The notes: generated by a model from the letters alone, not told the origin. A DNA stretch of 64,000 nt from an uncultured delta proteobacterium (GCA_963845515.1 CAWJSR010000040.1:1-64000), one strand, 5' to 3'; shown: positions 12,801-22,631, counted from the stretch's first letter. Numbers and translations: made by a program.

Positions 12801-15208
12801 ATGTCCACAGGAGGGGCAAGGGCAGAGGCACCCATGTAGGCTTCTGCTGCTGCTGCTCGCTCTGCTTCCTTCTTCTGCCTGTTGTCTAAGCGCTCGAGGG
12901 CCTCGTTTCCGTCCTGTGGGAGGGAGGGAGGGAGGGAGGGAAGGAGGGAGGGAGGGAAGGTGAGTACGTGAGGTGCTCGTAGGTCGCTTTCTGCTTCCTT
13001 CTCTGTCCTTTTCTAGGCGCTGCGAGGGCGCTGCTTGTTCGCTGTCCTGGAGGAGGGAGACGGAGGGAGGGAGGGAGGGAGGGAGGGAGGGAGGGAGGGA
13101 GGGATGGAAGAGTGTGAACAAATGTGATTGAACGTACGTCTTTCTATACATATTTCCCTCCCTCCCTTCCTCCTTCCCTCCCTCCCTCCCTCCTTACCCC
13201 TCTCCATTCCTCCTCTCCATGGGCGTAGGTACAAGAGCGACCGGCGGCACAACCCCACCACTTAGAATTTACCCCTCCCTCCCTCCCTCCCTCCCTCTCT
13301 CCCTCCCTCCCCCTCTCCCTCCTCTCCCTCCCTCCCTCCTTCCCTCCCTCCCTCCCTCCCTCCCTCCTGCTCCATGGGCGTAGGTACAAGAGCGACCGGC
13401 GGCACAACCCCACCACTTAGAATTTACCCCTCCCTCCCTCCCTCCCTCCCTCCCTCCCTCCCTCCCCCTCTCCCTCCCTCCCTCCCTCCCTCCCTCCCTC
13501 CTTCCGCTCTCGATTCCTCCTCTCCATGCGCGTAGGTACACGAGCGGCCAGCAGCACAACCCCACCAATTAGGAGCGCCGGGAGGGGGGCGCGTCTGCTG
13601 TCGTACATGGTCGAGGGAGGGAGGGAGGGAGGGAGGGAGGGAGGGAGGGAGGGTGAGTGGACAGCGGCATAACCCCACCAATTAGGAGCGCCGGGAGGGG
13701 GGCCGCGTCTAGGGAGGGAGGGAGGGAGGGAGGGAGGGAGGGAGGGAGGGAGGGAGGGTGAGTGGACAGCGGCATAACCCCACCAGTTAGGAGCGCCGGG
13801 CGGGGGGCCGCGTCTAGGGAGGGAGGGAGGGAGGGAGGGAGGGAGGGCGGGAGAGAGGGAGAGGGACACACACAGACATAGACACAGACTCTCTCTTTCT
13901 CTTACCTTCCCATGCGGGCCTCCAGCCAGTTTTGGCAGAGGACAGTCTTGACGTTTGTCTGGTGCAGGGGCCGACGTTGAGAGCCGGTGGGTTTCTTGAT
14001 GTCGGCCCAGGAGGGGACGCTGAGGGGAAGGAGGGAGGGAGGGAGGGAGGGAGGGAGGGAGGGAGGGAGGGTGAGTGGGAGGGGCCGACGCTGGGAGCCG
14101 GTGGGTTTCTTAATGTCAGCCCAGGAGGGGACACTGAAGGGAGGGAGAGAGGGAGGGAGGGAGGAAGGGAGGGAGGGAGGGAGAATAGTGAGGACTCCTG
14201 TATTAGCTTTTTCGGTGTCTGGTGAAAAGGGACGCTTGGGGAGGAAGGGAGGGAGGGAGGGAGGGAGGGAGGGAGGGAGAGAGGGAGTGCTTTACCTAAT
14301 TCCGGTCGCGTTCTTGCCATCCCTCCCTCCCTCCCTCCCTCCCTCCCTCCCTACCTGAGATACCACCCATCAATCCCACTAGCCGTTCGCTCCTTCTCCT
14401 TCTCTTTCTCCTTCCCTCCTCCACGTTTCCGATCGCGTTCTTGCTCTTCTTTTTCCTCGTCCTCCAGCCATTTCTTAAGGCGGATCTCGTCGTTCACGTG
14501 CCTGGGGAAGGAGGGAGGGAGGGAGGGAGAGGTGAGAAGGACAGATTGCAATACGCAGGTAACAGGTCGTACTCTGTCCCTCTCCCTCCCTCCCTCCCTC
14601 CCTCCCTCCCTCCCTTCCTCACCTCAGTCGCCTTCCATACAAATCACGACAGGCGCCAAAGTCGGTCGTTTTCTTCACTCCGGCCCCTTTGCCCATCGAG
14701 CGTAGCATTGCCCCGAAGCCGCCTTTTCCACCTTTGAGACCCCAGGAGGGGGAATGGAGACGGAGGAGGAGAGGAGAGGGGAAGGAGGAGGAGGAGGAGG
14801 AGGGGGAGGAGGAAGTGGAAGGAAGGTGCTCGTGGGGGTGGTAGCTGCGTGGAGGGAAATAGAAGAAGGAATTGGGTTAGAGAAGAAGGGAAGGAGGAAG
14901 AGAGGGAGGGAGTGAGAGAGGGAGGGAGGGAGGGTGGGTACGTACCTCTTGCCATTGCAGAGCACGAGGAGGGAGGGTGTCAGGGCTAGGGTCGAAAGGA
15001 TGGCTGCTGTTTCCTCCTCCTCTTCCTCCTCCTCCAGTGTGCCTTTCCGCGCAGTAAGCGCGTTCACCACATCTTGGGCTGTCACCCCTCCTTCAGCAAG
15101 GGTGGTGGGAAGGGTGAGGCATCGAGTCTTGCCCGACCAGGGCAAGGAGACGAGGAACTGCTGCTGCTGCTGCCGGTGGTTCTCCTCCTGCCGGTCGAGG
15201 CACGGCAT
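9831..15208 (-). CDS. SDE2: SDE2 splicing/replication-stress regulator with internal CCCH zinc finger and SPRY domain, multi-exon
   Basis: A Ubl-like N-terminus is followed by [13 protein letters not shown]...[19 protein letters not shown] (about 14740-14480). The C-terminal SAP-like region reads [46 protein letters not shown] pieces are [28 protein letters not shown] and YYPALSL. Confidence 0.85.
10170..14620. repeat. Dense (CCCT)n/(AGGG)n microsatellite tracts, mostly intronic
   Basis: Dozens of tandem GGGA/TCCC tracts are directly visible. Confidence 0.95.
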
Positions 15209-15920
15209 AATTGAGTGGGTGCTTGTCTGTGTGTTGTGTGGCTGTGTGGTGGAGGGGTGGTGTGGTGGGGAGGGATGAGGAGGAGGAGGAGGAGGAGGAG
15301 GAGGAGGAGGCTGGTCGAACAAAGCAGGCAAGCAACGGGTGATGATGATGCTGAAAGAGGGGGGAGACGGACCAGCAGCCACACCGCAAGCCTTGACGTT
15401 CTCCCCCTGGTGCTGTGTGATGTAGGGATGGGTAGGGGTAGGGTATGTGTGTGTGTGTGTGTGTCAAAGGCAAGGGTCAAGAGGCAGTCCATGCAGCAAG
15501 CAAGCAAGAGGAATTGCGAAATTCCCCTCCCATAATACCACACTAACCCAGCCAAACCACACCACACCCCGCACAGTGTCCACCACCACAAGCACGAGCA
15601 CAAGCAAGCGTCTCCGCCCGCCCCTCCTACTCGTCGAGCCGCGGCTTCGATTATATATTAGGTAAGTCCTCCTTCCCTCTCTCCCTCCTTCCCGAGGCCT
15701 CGCTCACCCCTCTCTATTCCCGCCCCTCCCTCCCTCCTTCCCTCCAGCCGTACACACAGAATGATAATACTACCAGCGGCATCAGCAGCTGCAGCAGCAG
15801 TAGCAGCAGTAGGAGGAGGAGATGTACCAGATGCAAGCGGGGGGGCTGTAGGTATCAACAGCGTCACTTCATGTCCTTCACTCTTTCCCAGCAGCAGCAG
15901 CAGCAGCATGGACCCACCAA

Positions 15921-16112
15921 CTGAACGCGAACGACGGCGTCCGGGAGACGGTGCTCGACGCCGTCTCGAAGCGGCTCCGCGGGATCATCGAAGGCGAGAC
16001 GGAGGCCGTGCAGGAGCGGCCCGCCCGCGACGTCGAAGCGGCGCGCCGTATCCTCGAGCGCTCCATGCTGCAGCTTCACACGCGGGGCGAGCTCGTCCCC
16101 CGTGCCGCATGA
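15921..16112 (+). CDS. fliG: FliG-like C-terminal domain, 5'-truncated at the junction (absent from the ORF track)
   Basis: Manual translation gives LNANDGVRETVLDAVSKRLRGIIEGETEAVQERPARDVEAARRILERSMLQLHTRGELVPRAA*, resembling FliG-C (SxR...DVE-A...L---GE). Confidence 0.6.
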   Translation: MNANDGVRETVLDAVSKRLRGIIEGETEAVQERPARDVEAARRILERSMLQLHTRGELVPRAA

Positions 16113-16122
16113 GGTCACACAC

Positions 16123-16998
16123 ATGATCGCATTCGTACTCTCGCTCGCTCTCGCAGCCGCGGCACCGGCGAAGGGGGCGCCTTCCGGGAAGAAGGATCAG
16201 GCGCCAGCGCAGCCCCCGGCGGCCCAGCCCGCGGCGCCGGCAGCCGAAGAGCCCGTCGACGAGAACGCCGTCCAGCCCCTCGACGAGGACACCATGGCCT
16301 TCCTCTACTCGGGCGGCGCCACCAACTCGCGGGACGGCAGCGTCCGCATCGACTGGCCGGGTCCGGGCGGCAACCAGCTGAAGCTCTCCTGGGACTCGCT
16401 CGACAAGCGGAGCGAGGAGGTCCAGGTCGCCGAGATGCTGCGGGTGTCACTGGTCGGCGCCGTCCAGTCCTTCTACGACGGTGATGGGACCATCGACATC
16501 CCGGGGATGCGTCAGCGGCTGAAGTCCATGCTCACGGGGCCGGTGGACGAGGCGCGGACGGCGTACGCGAACGCCATCAAGCTGGAGGAGCGGCGGCTCT
16601 TCTTCGTCGAGCGCGCGATGACGGAGGCCTCCGCCGCCAAGGAGGAGCTGCCGGGCGTCGACGGCCGGCTCGTCGCCAAGCGGCTGGCAGCGCTGCGTGA
16701 CGGCCGGGTCGCGGCCGAGATGCAGAAGAGGGTCAACGGGTACCGCAGCCTGGCGGTGGGGCTCCTCGCCTACCTCGACGGAGACACCTTCGGCGCGCTC
16801 AACAACGTGCGCGAGGCCTCCGGTGGCCTGCCTGAGGTCGCGGTCGTTCACGCCCTGCTCGGCTCGCTGTACGCGCTCTACGGGCAGACCGACGCAGCCG
16901 TGGTCTCCTGGAAGCGGTCGCTCGCCCTGGACCCGTCCAACAACGCGGTGCGCGACGCGATCCTGCAGCACAGCCCGAAGACCCGTCAGGGGAAGTGA
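16123..16998 (+). CDS. Exported protein with C-terminal TPR
   Basis: RBS GAGGT precedes the ATG. Signal peptide MIAFVLSLALAAAA, a Pro/Ala linker, then TPR-like HALLGSLYALYG...WKRSLALDPSN. Confidence 0.7.
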   Translation: MIAFVLSLALAAAAPAKGAPSGKKDQAPAQPPAAQPAAPAAEEPVDENAVQPLDEDTMAFLYSGGATNSRDGSVRIDWPGPGGNQLKLSWDSLDKRSEEVQVAEMLRVSLVGAVQSFYDGDGTIDIPGMRQRLKSMLTGPVDEARTAYANAIKLEERRLFFVERAMTEASAAKEELPGVDGRLVAKRLAALRDGRVAAEMQKRVNGYRSLAVGLLAYLDGDTFGALNNVREASGGLPEVAVVHALLGSLYALYGQTDAAVVSWKRSLALDPSNNAVRDAILQHSPKTRQGK

Positions 16999-17001
16999 GC
17001 C

Positions 17002-17757
17002 ATGCGCACCACGACTTACCTGGGGCTCTTCCTCGGCGTCACCGTCATCTTCCTCGCCGTCCGCGCCAAGGGCGGTGACGCGTCCCTCTTCACCAACTCG
17101 GTGGCGCTCCTCATCGCGCTCGGCGGCACCATCGCGGCCACCACGCTCTCCTCCTCGCGCATGACCGCGGTCCACGCGCTCTCCGCGATGAAGCGCATGT
17201 TCGTCTCGGGGGCCTACAACTCCGGGGCGATCGCCACCGAGATGATCCAGCTCGCCCGGGTCGCCAAGGTGCAGGGGCTCTCGTCCATCGAGCCAGATGA
17301 CCTCAAGGTGAAGGACGCCTTCCTCGTGAAGGGGCTCCGCCTGGTGGCCGACGGCGTCGACCCGGAGAGGCTCGAGGAGCTGCTGCGGCTCGAGTCCTCG
17401 ATCCTGTCGGAGAAGCGCGCGGCGGCCGAGCGCATGTTCCGGGTCATGGGGACCTACTCGCCGATGTTCGGCCTCGTGGGGACGCTCATCGGCCTCATCA
17501 CCATGCTGAAGGGGCTCACGGATCCGCGCGCGATCGGCCACGGCATGTCGATCGCACTCATGGCCACCTTCTACGGCGTGCTCCTGGCCGGCCTCATCTT
17601 CCTCCCCCTCGCCGGCAAGGTCCGCACCATGGATCTCGACGAGCGGCTCCAGCGCGACCAGATCATCGCCGGGCTCCTCGCCATCCGGCTCGGGCAGAAC
17701 GCCGAGTACGTCCGGGAGACGCTCGACGTCTTCACGCAGCGGAGCGCGAACGCGTGA
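17002..17757 (+). CDS. motA: MotA/PomA-family stator subunit
   Basis: Motifs LIALGGTIAAT, FLVKGLRLVADG, SPMFGLVGTLIGLITML and ALMATFYG. Confidence 0.9.
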   Translation: MRTTTYLGLFLGVTVIFLAVRAKGGDASLFTNSVALLIALGGTIAATTLSSSRMTAVHALSAMKRMFVSGAYNSGAIATEMIQLARVAKVQGLSSIEPDDLKVKDAFLVKGLRLVADGVDPERLEELLRLESSILSEKRAAAERMFRVMGTYSPMFGLVGTLIGLITMLKGLTDPRAIGHGMSIALMATFYGVLLAGLIFLPLAGKVRTMDLDERLQRDQIIAGLLAIRLGQNAEYVRETLDVFTQRSANA

Positions 17758-18406
17758 CGTTCAGGGGGAAGGGTCACAAGGTCGAGCGGGAGGACGACTC
17801 CAACCCGCTCCACGACGCGGCCTGGCTCTTCAGCTACGCCGACCTGATGACCCAGCTCCTCATCTTCTCGATCCTGATGCTCGTGGTCATGGGGCTGAAG
17901 GAGCTGAAGCCCGAGCAGCAGCAGCAGTCCGAGCAGGTGATGGCCGAGGCGAAGAAGGCGGCCGACATGGCGCGGGCCGTCGACGAGCTGCAGGCCTACG
18001 TGAAGAGCAAGGCGCTCGGCGACTCGATGGTCATCGACCGCTCGGCCGACCGGATGGTCATCCGCATGAAGAGCGCCATCCTCTTCAAGGAGGGGCAGGC
18101 GGTCCTGGCGCCGTCGGCGCGAGCCATCATCGACGGGCTCGTCCCCGCGCTCTCCCGCACGGCCAACAAGCTCAGGATCGAGGGGCACACGGACGACGTG
18201 CCTATCGCCACCGAGCTCTTCCCCTCCAACTGGGAGCTGTCGACGGCCCGGGCCATCTCCGTCGCGGATCTCCTCGAGCAGGGGGGATCGACCGCACGCG
18301 CCTCTCGGTGGCAGGGTACGCCGAGTTCCACCCCCTCCTCGCCAACGACGGCGCCGAGCAGCGCGCGCAGAACCGGCGCGTCGAGATCGTGGTCCTGGGG
18401 GGATAG
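17754..18406 (+). CDS. motB: MotB/PomB-family stator subunit 1 (frameshift in G-run near 18281)
   Basis: WLFSYADLMT (conserved Asp), IEGHTDD and NWELSTARA. The C-terminus GYAEFHP...NRRVEI lies in another frame after CAGGGGGG. Confidence 0.85.
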
Positions 18407-19057
18407 GTGATCAAGATCTCCGAGCGCAGCCACGAGGAGAGCGAGGACGACTCGAGCGCGTGGCTCATCACGTACTCGGACATGATCACGCTGCTGCTCG
18501 CCTTCTTCCTCCTGATGTACTCGTTCTCCGTGATGTCCCAGGACCGGAAGGAGGACCTGGTCGAGGAGCTGCGCGGGGTGGTCGACCAGAAGGTGGTGTC
18601 CGCGAAGACCCGGGCCGAGCTGGAGGACGCCGCGCGCAAGATCGCCCAGCAGCTGGAGAAGGCGGCCGCGTTCGTCGAGTCGACCGAGACGGAGGTGACC
18701 GTGGGGCTCTCCTCCGCCGTCACCTTCGGCTCCGGCGACGACGTCCTCTCGCCCGCCGGCGATCAGGCGATCGCGAGGGCGGCCAGGATCCTCAAGGGGC
18801 TCCCGAACGTGGTCCGGATCGAGGGGCACACCGACGACATCCCGGTCCGCGCCGGCGGGCGCTTCCAGTCCAACTGGCAGCTCTCGGCGGCGCGCGCCCA
18901 GACCGTCGTGCGCGTCTTCATGCGCGAGGGGCTCGATCCGCGCCGCATCCAGGTGGTCGGGTATGCCGACGTCCGGCCCCGCCAGGCGAACGACTCCCCC
19001 GACAGCCGGGCCGCGAACCGGCGCATCGAGATCAAGCTCCTGAAGGGGTCCGAGTAG
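18407..19057 (+). CDS. motB: MotB/PomB-family stator subunit 2
   Basis: Motifs WLITYSDMITLLLAFF, IEGHTDD, NWQLSAARA and NRRIEI. Confidence 0.9.
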   Translation: MIKISERSHEESEDDSSAWLITYSDMITLLLAFFLLMYSFSVMSQDRKEDLVEELRGVVDQKVVSAKTRAELEDAARKIAQQLEKAAAFVESTETEVTVGLSSAVTFGSGDDVLSPAGDQAIARAARILKGLPNVVRIEGHTDDIPVRAGGRFQSNWQLSAARAQTVVRVFMREGLDPRRIQVVGYADVRPRQANDSPDSRAANRRIEIKLLKGSE

Positions 19058-19100
19058 GCTTGAACACCCCCCGGGCCCGTGGGAAAACCCCGCGCCCACG

Positions 19101-21125
19101 ATGATCGATCTCTCCACCCTCAACCCGCCGCAGCGCGAGGCGGTGACCACCACTGAGGGGCCGCTCCTCGTCCTCGCCGGCGCTGGCTCGGGCAAGACCC
19201 GCGTCATCGCCCACCGGGTGGCCTATCTGCTGATGCAGGGGGCCGATCCGGACCGGATCCTCGCGGTCACGTTCACCAACAAGGCGTCGAAGGAGATGCG
19301 CGAGCGGATCACGGCGCTCGCCGGGCCGCCAGGCGCCGACGTCTTCGTCTCGACGTTCCACTCGTTCGGCCTGTGGCTGGTGCAGCAGGAGCACGGGGCG
19401 GCGGGGCTGCCGAAGCGGTTCGGGATCTGCGACGCCGGCGACCAGGCGGCGCTGGTGAAGCGCTGCATGCGGGAGGTGAAGGTCGACGATCGGAGCTTCG
19501 ATCCGCGCCGCGTCCTCTTCCTGATCTCGCGCGCGAAGAACGCGCTCAAGAAGAAGATCGTGCCCCGGCCGGAGGGGCAGGGCGACGACTACGACCTCAT
19601 CGCCGCCGAGGTCTACCCGCGCTACCAGCGGGCGCTGCGGGCGCAGCGGATGGTCGACTTCGACGACCTGATCGCGCTGCCCGTGGAGCTCCTGAAGAAG
19701 GACGCCTCGCTCCGGGAGAAGTACGCCGCGAAGTTCGAGTGGGTCCTCGTGGACGAGTACCAGGACACCAACGTCTGCCAGCTGGAGCTGCTCAAGCTCG
19801 TGGGCGGAGCGCGCCGGAACGTCTGCGCCGTCGGCGACGACGACCAGGCGATCTACGGCTGGCGCGGCGCCGAGGTGAAGAACATCCTCCGCTTCGACCG
19901 GCACTTCCCGGGTACGAAGGAGGTGCGGCTGGAGCAGAACTACCGCTCCACCGGCCGCATCCTCGCCTGCGCCAACGCGGTCATCGCCAAGAACGCCGCG
20001 CGGAAGGAGAAGCGGCTCTGGACGAACGCCGACCCCGGCGAGCCGGTCAAGGTCGTGGCGCTCCCAGGCGAGGACGAGGAGGGGAAGTTCGTCGCGGAGG
20101 AGATCGCCAGGCAGCGCGGGGAGGGAAGGTCCTGGGGCCACTTCGCGGTCCTCTACCGCCTGAACGCGCAGAGCCGCCCGATCGAGGAGGCGCTCCGCGA
20201 GGCCGGGATCCCCTACGACGTCCACGGCGGCCCCGCCTTCTTCGATCGGGCCGAGGTGAAGGACCTGCTGGCCTACCTCAAGCTCTGCACCGCGGCGGAG
20301 GACGAGGTCTCGCTCGCCAGGGTCGTCAACGTCCCGCCACGCGGGATCGGCGACGCGTCGCTGGAGCGGCTCCACGAATGGGCGGTGGGGCAGGGGATCG
20401 GGCTCTTCGAGGCGCTGCGCCGCTCGCCCGAGGCGAGCGACCTTCCGCGCGGGGCGGCCGATCGGATGGTGGCGTTCGCGGGGCTCGTCGACCGGTTCCG
20501 CGAGCGGTTCGGCAGGGGGGACCTCGGCGTCGCCGCCCGCGAGCTCGTCGCGGCGCTCGACTTCTACTCGCACGCGCGCGCGAGCGTGCAGTCGCCGGAG
20601 GCCGGGACCCGGAAGGTGGAGGCGATCGACGGGATCCTCCGCTCGCTGGAGGGGTACGTCGCCCGCAGCGCGCGCCCCTCGCTCGCCCAGTGGCTCCAGC
20701 GGCTCGCGCTCGACTCGCGTGAGGAGGAGGACCCGGCGGAGGGCGAGGGCGTCACGCTGATGACGCTCCACGCCGCCAAGGGGCTCGAGTACCCGGTCGT
20801 CTTCCTCGTCGGCTGCGAGGAGGACCTGCTCCCGTGCGCCGGGATCCAGGGGGAGGCGCGCGATCTGGACGAGGAGCGCCGGCTCGCCTACGTCGGCATC
20901 ACCCGGGCCCGCGAGATCCTCTACATGACCCGCGCCGCACAGCGCGTGAAGCGCGGGAAGCCGCTGGAGCGGACGCCGAGCCGCTTCATCGACGACCTGC
21001 CCGCCGGCGCCCACGAGAAGGTCGACCCCGCAGCGCTCCAGGCGGCGCCGCAGGAGATCGCCAGCCACACCGAGTCCATCCTTTCGGGGCTGCGGGCGCG
21101 GCTGGGTGCAGCAAAACCGTCCTGA
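19101..21125 (+). CDS. UvrD/PcrA/Rep family DNA helicase
   Basis: Motifs LAGAGSGKT, VDEYQDTN, VGDDDQAIY, LEQNYRS, TLHAAKGLEY and EERRLAYVGITRA. Confidence 0.95.
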   Translation: MIDLSTLNPPQREAVTTTEGPLLVLAGAGSGKTRVIAHRVAYLLMQGADPDRILAVTFTNKASKEMRERITALAGPPGADVFVSTFHSFGLWLVQQEHGAAGLPKRFGICDAGDQAALVKRCMREVKVDDRSFDPRRVLFLISRAKNALKKKIVPRPEGQGDDYDLIAAEVYPRYQRALRAQRMVDFDDLIALPVELLKKDASLREKYAAKFEWVLVDEYQDTNVCQLELLKLVGGARRNVCAVGDDDQAIYGWRGAEVKNILRFDRHFPGTKEVRLEQNYRSTGRILACANAVIAKNAARKEKRLWTNADPGEPVKVVALPGEDEEGKFVAEEIARQRGEGRSWGHFAVLYRLNAQSRPIEEALREAGIPYDVHGGPAFFDRAEVKDLLAYLKLCTAAEDEVSLARVVNVPPRGIGDASLERLHEWAVGQGIGLFEALRRSPEASDLPRGAADRMVAFAGLVDRFRERFGRGDLGVAARELVAALDFYSHARASVQSPEAGTRKVEAIDGILRSLEGYVARSARPSLAQWLQRLALDSREEEDPAEGEGVTLMTLHAAKGLEYPVVFLVGCEEDLLPCAGIQGEARDLDEERRLAYVGITRAREILYMTRAAQRVKRGKPLERTPSRFIDDLPAGAHEKVDPAALQAAPQEIASHTESILSGLRARLGAAKPS

Positions 21126-21159
21126 TGACGGCCGGTTGAGCCGCTCCGGTCGGGGCGCG

Positions 21160-21190
21160 TTGACTAATCCATATCGGATAGATATGGATT
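21160..21190 (+). promoter_or_regulatory. Promoter with overlapping inverted-repeat operator
   Basis: TTGACT is followed by AATCCATATC-ggata-GATATGGATT, a perfect 10-bp inverted repeat directly upstream of the Rrf2 gene. Confidence 0.65.
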
Positions 21191-21195
21191 AGCCC

Positions 21196-21627
21196 GTGAC
21201 GCCCAACAGGAAGGCCGAGTACGCGCTTCGAGCCCTCGTGGATCTCGCGATCCATGCGTCTCCGGGCACCTTCGTGTCGACCGCGGCGGTCGCGCGCCGC
21301 ACCGGCGCCCCCGCGAAGTTCCTGGAGGCCATCCTGGGCGAGCTCCGCCGCGCCGGGCTCGTCGAGAGCCGACGCGGAGCGGACGGCGGCCACCGGCTGG
21401 CGCGGTCTGCCTCGACCATCACGGCCGGCGAGGCCTGGCGCGCGGTCTCCGGACCGGCCGCCGGCGCGACGCGCCGCCGGGCCCCGGCCTCCGGCGCAGG
21501 GCGCGCGGTCCACCAGCTGCTCTCGGAGATCGACCACGCCGTGACGACGACCGTCGACGCGGTCGCCATCGACGAGCTGGCGCGCCGTTCGCTGGAGGCG
21601 GACGGAATCGCCGACTACGTCATCTGA
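21196..21627 (+). CDS. Rrf2-family regulator (CymR-like, no Fe-S cysteines)
   Basis: Motifs [11 protein letters not shown] and [24 protein letters not shown]; lies upstream of cysK. Confidence 0.9.
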   Translation: MTPNRKAEYALRALVDLAIHASPGTFVSTAAVARRTGAPAKFLEAILGELRRAGLVESRRGADGGHRLARSASTITAGEAWRAVSGPAAGATRRRAPASGAGRAVHQLLSEIDHAVTTTVDAVAIDELARRSLEADGIADYVI

Positions 21628-21664
21628 ACGAGCCCGAACTCCAGAACAGGAAGGAACGACCCCA

Positions 21665-22627
21665 ATGCCCATCTTCGACGACAACAGCCTCTCCATCGGC
21701 AACACGCCGCTCGTGCGGCTCAACCGGATCACGCAGGGGCTCGGCGCGACCATCGTGGTCAAGACCGAGGGGCGCAACCCGGCCTACTCGGTCAAGTGCC
21801 GGATCGGCGCCAGCATGATCTGGGCCGCCGAGAAGGACGGCATCCTGAAGCCCGGCTCGCGCGACGTGACCATCGTCGAGCCGACGTCCGGCAACACCGG
21901 CATCGCGCTCGCGTACGTCGCTGCGGCGCGCGGCTACCCGCTCGTCCTGACGATGCCCGAGACGATGTCGATCGAGCGGCGCAGGATGCTCCGCGCCTTC
22001 GGCGCCGAGGTGGTCCTGACCGAGGGGACGAAGGGGATGGCCGGCGCCATCGCGAAGGCCGAGGAGCTGGTGGCCCAGGACCCCAAGAGACACTTCATGC
22101 CGCAGCAGTTCAAGAACCCGGCGAACCCGGAGATCCACTTCCAGACGACCGGCCCGGAGATCTGGCACGACACCGACGGCAAGGTCGACATCTTCGTCTC
22201 CGGCGTCGGCACGGGCGGCACCATCACGGGGGCGACCCGCTTCATCAAGGGGCAGGGGCGGAAGCTCAAGGCCGTGGCGGTGGAGCCGATCCACTCGCCG
22301 GTCTTGACGCAGATCCGGAACGGCGAGCCCGTGAAGCCGGGGCCGCACAAGATCCAGGGGATCGGCGCTGGGTTCAAGCCGGACGTCCTCGACCTGTCCC
22401 TCGTGGACGAGGTGTCGACCGTCTCCAACGAGGAGGCGATCGAGACCGCGACGCGGCTCCACCGGGAGGAGGGGATAACCTGTGGGATCTCCTCGGGTGC
22501 CGCAGTCGCCGCCGCCCTCAAGGTGGGGGCGCGCCCGGAGAACAAGGGGAAGCTGATCGTCGTGATCCTCCCGGACGCGGGTGAGCGGTACCTCTCGAGT
22601 GCCCTCTTCGAAGGGATTCCGGCTTAG
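21665..22627 (+). CDS. cysK: Cysteine synthase A
   Basis: Motifs [26 protein letters not shown] and [10 protein letters not shown]. Confidence 0.97.
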   Translation: MPIFDDNSLSIGNTPLVRLNRITQGLGATIVVKTEGRNPAYSVKCRIGASMIWAAEKDGILKPGSRDVTIVEPTSGNTGIALAYVAAARGYPLVLTMPETMSIERRRMLRAFGAEVVLTEGTKGMAGAIAKAEELVAQDPKRHFMPQQFKNPANPEIHFQTTGPEIWHDTDGKVDIFVSGVGTGGTITGATRFIKGQGRKLKAVAVEPIHSPVLTQIRNGEPVKPGPHKIQGIGAGFKPDVLDLSLVDEVSTVSNEEAIETATRLHREEGITCGISSGAAVAAALKVGARPENKGKLIVVILPDAGERYLSSALFEGIPA

Positions 22628-22631
22628 CCCT

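Noticed and set aside
12360..13815. Repeat-spacer appearance suggesting a CRISPR-like array
   Set aside because: The units are duplicated exon fragments separated by microsatellites. There is no constant repeat with unique spacers, no cas genes, and the context is eukaryotic.
10560..14360. ORFs rich in PSLPPSLP / GGREGGRE
   Set aside because: These are translations of (CCCT)n microsatellites, not proteins.
17002..19057. Zorya (ZorAB) defence system
   Set aside because: MotA lacks the long ZorA tail, has flagellar-type stator motifs, and no zorC/D/E genes are adjacent.
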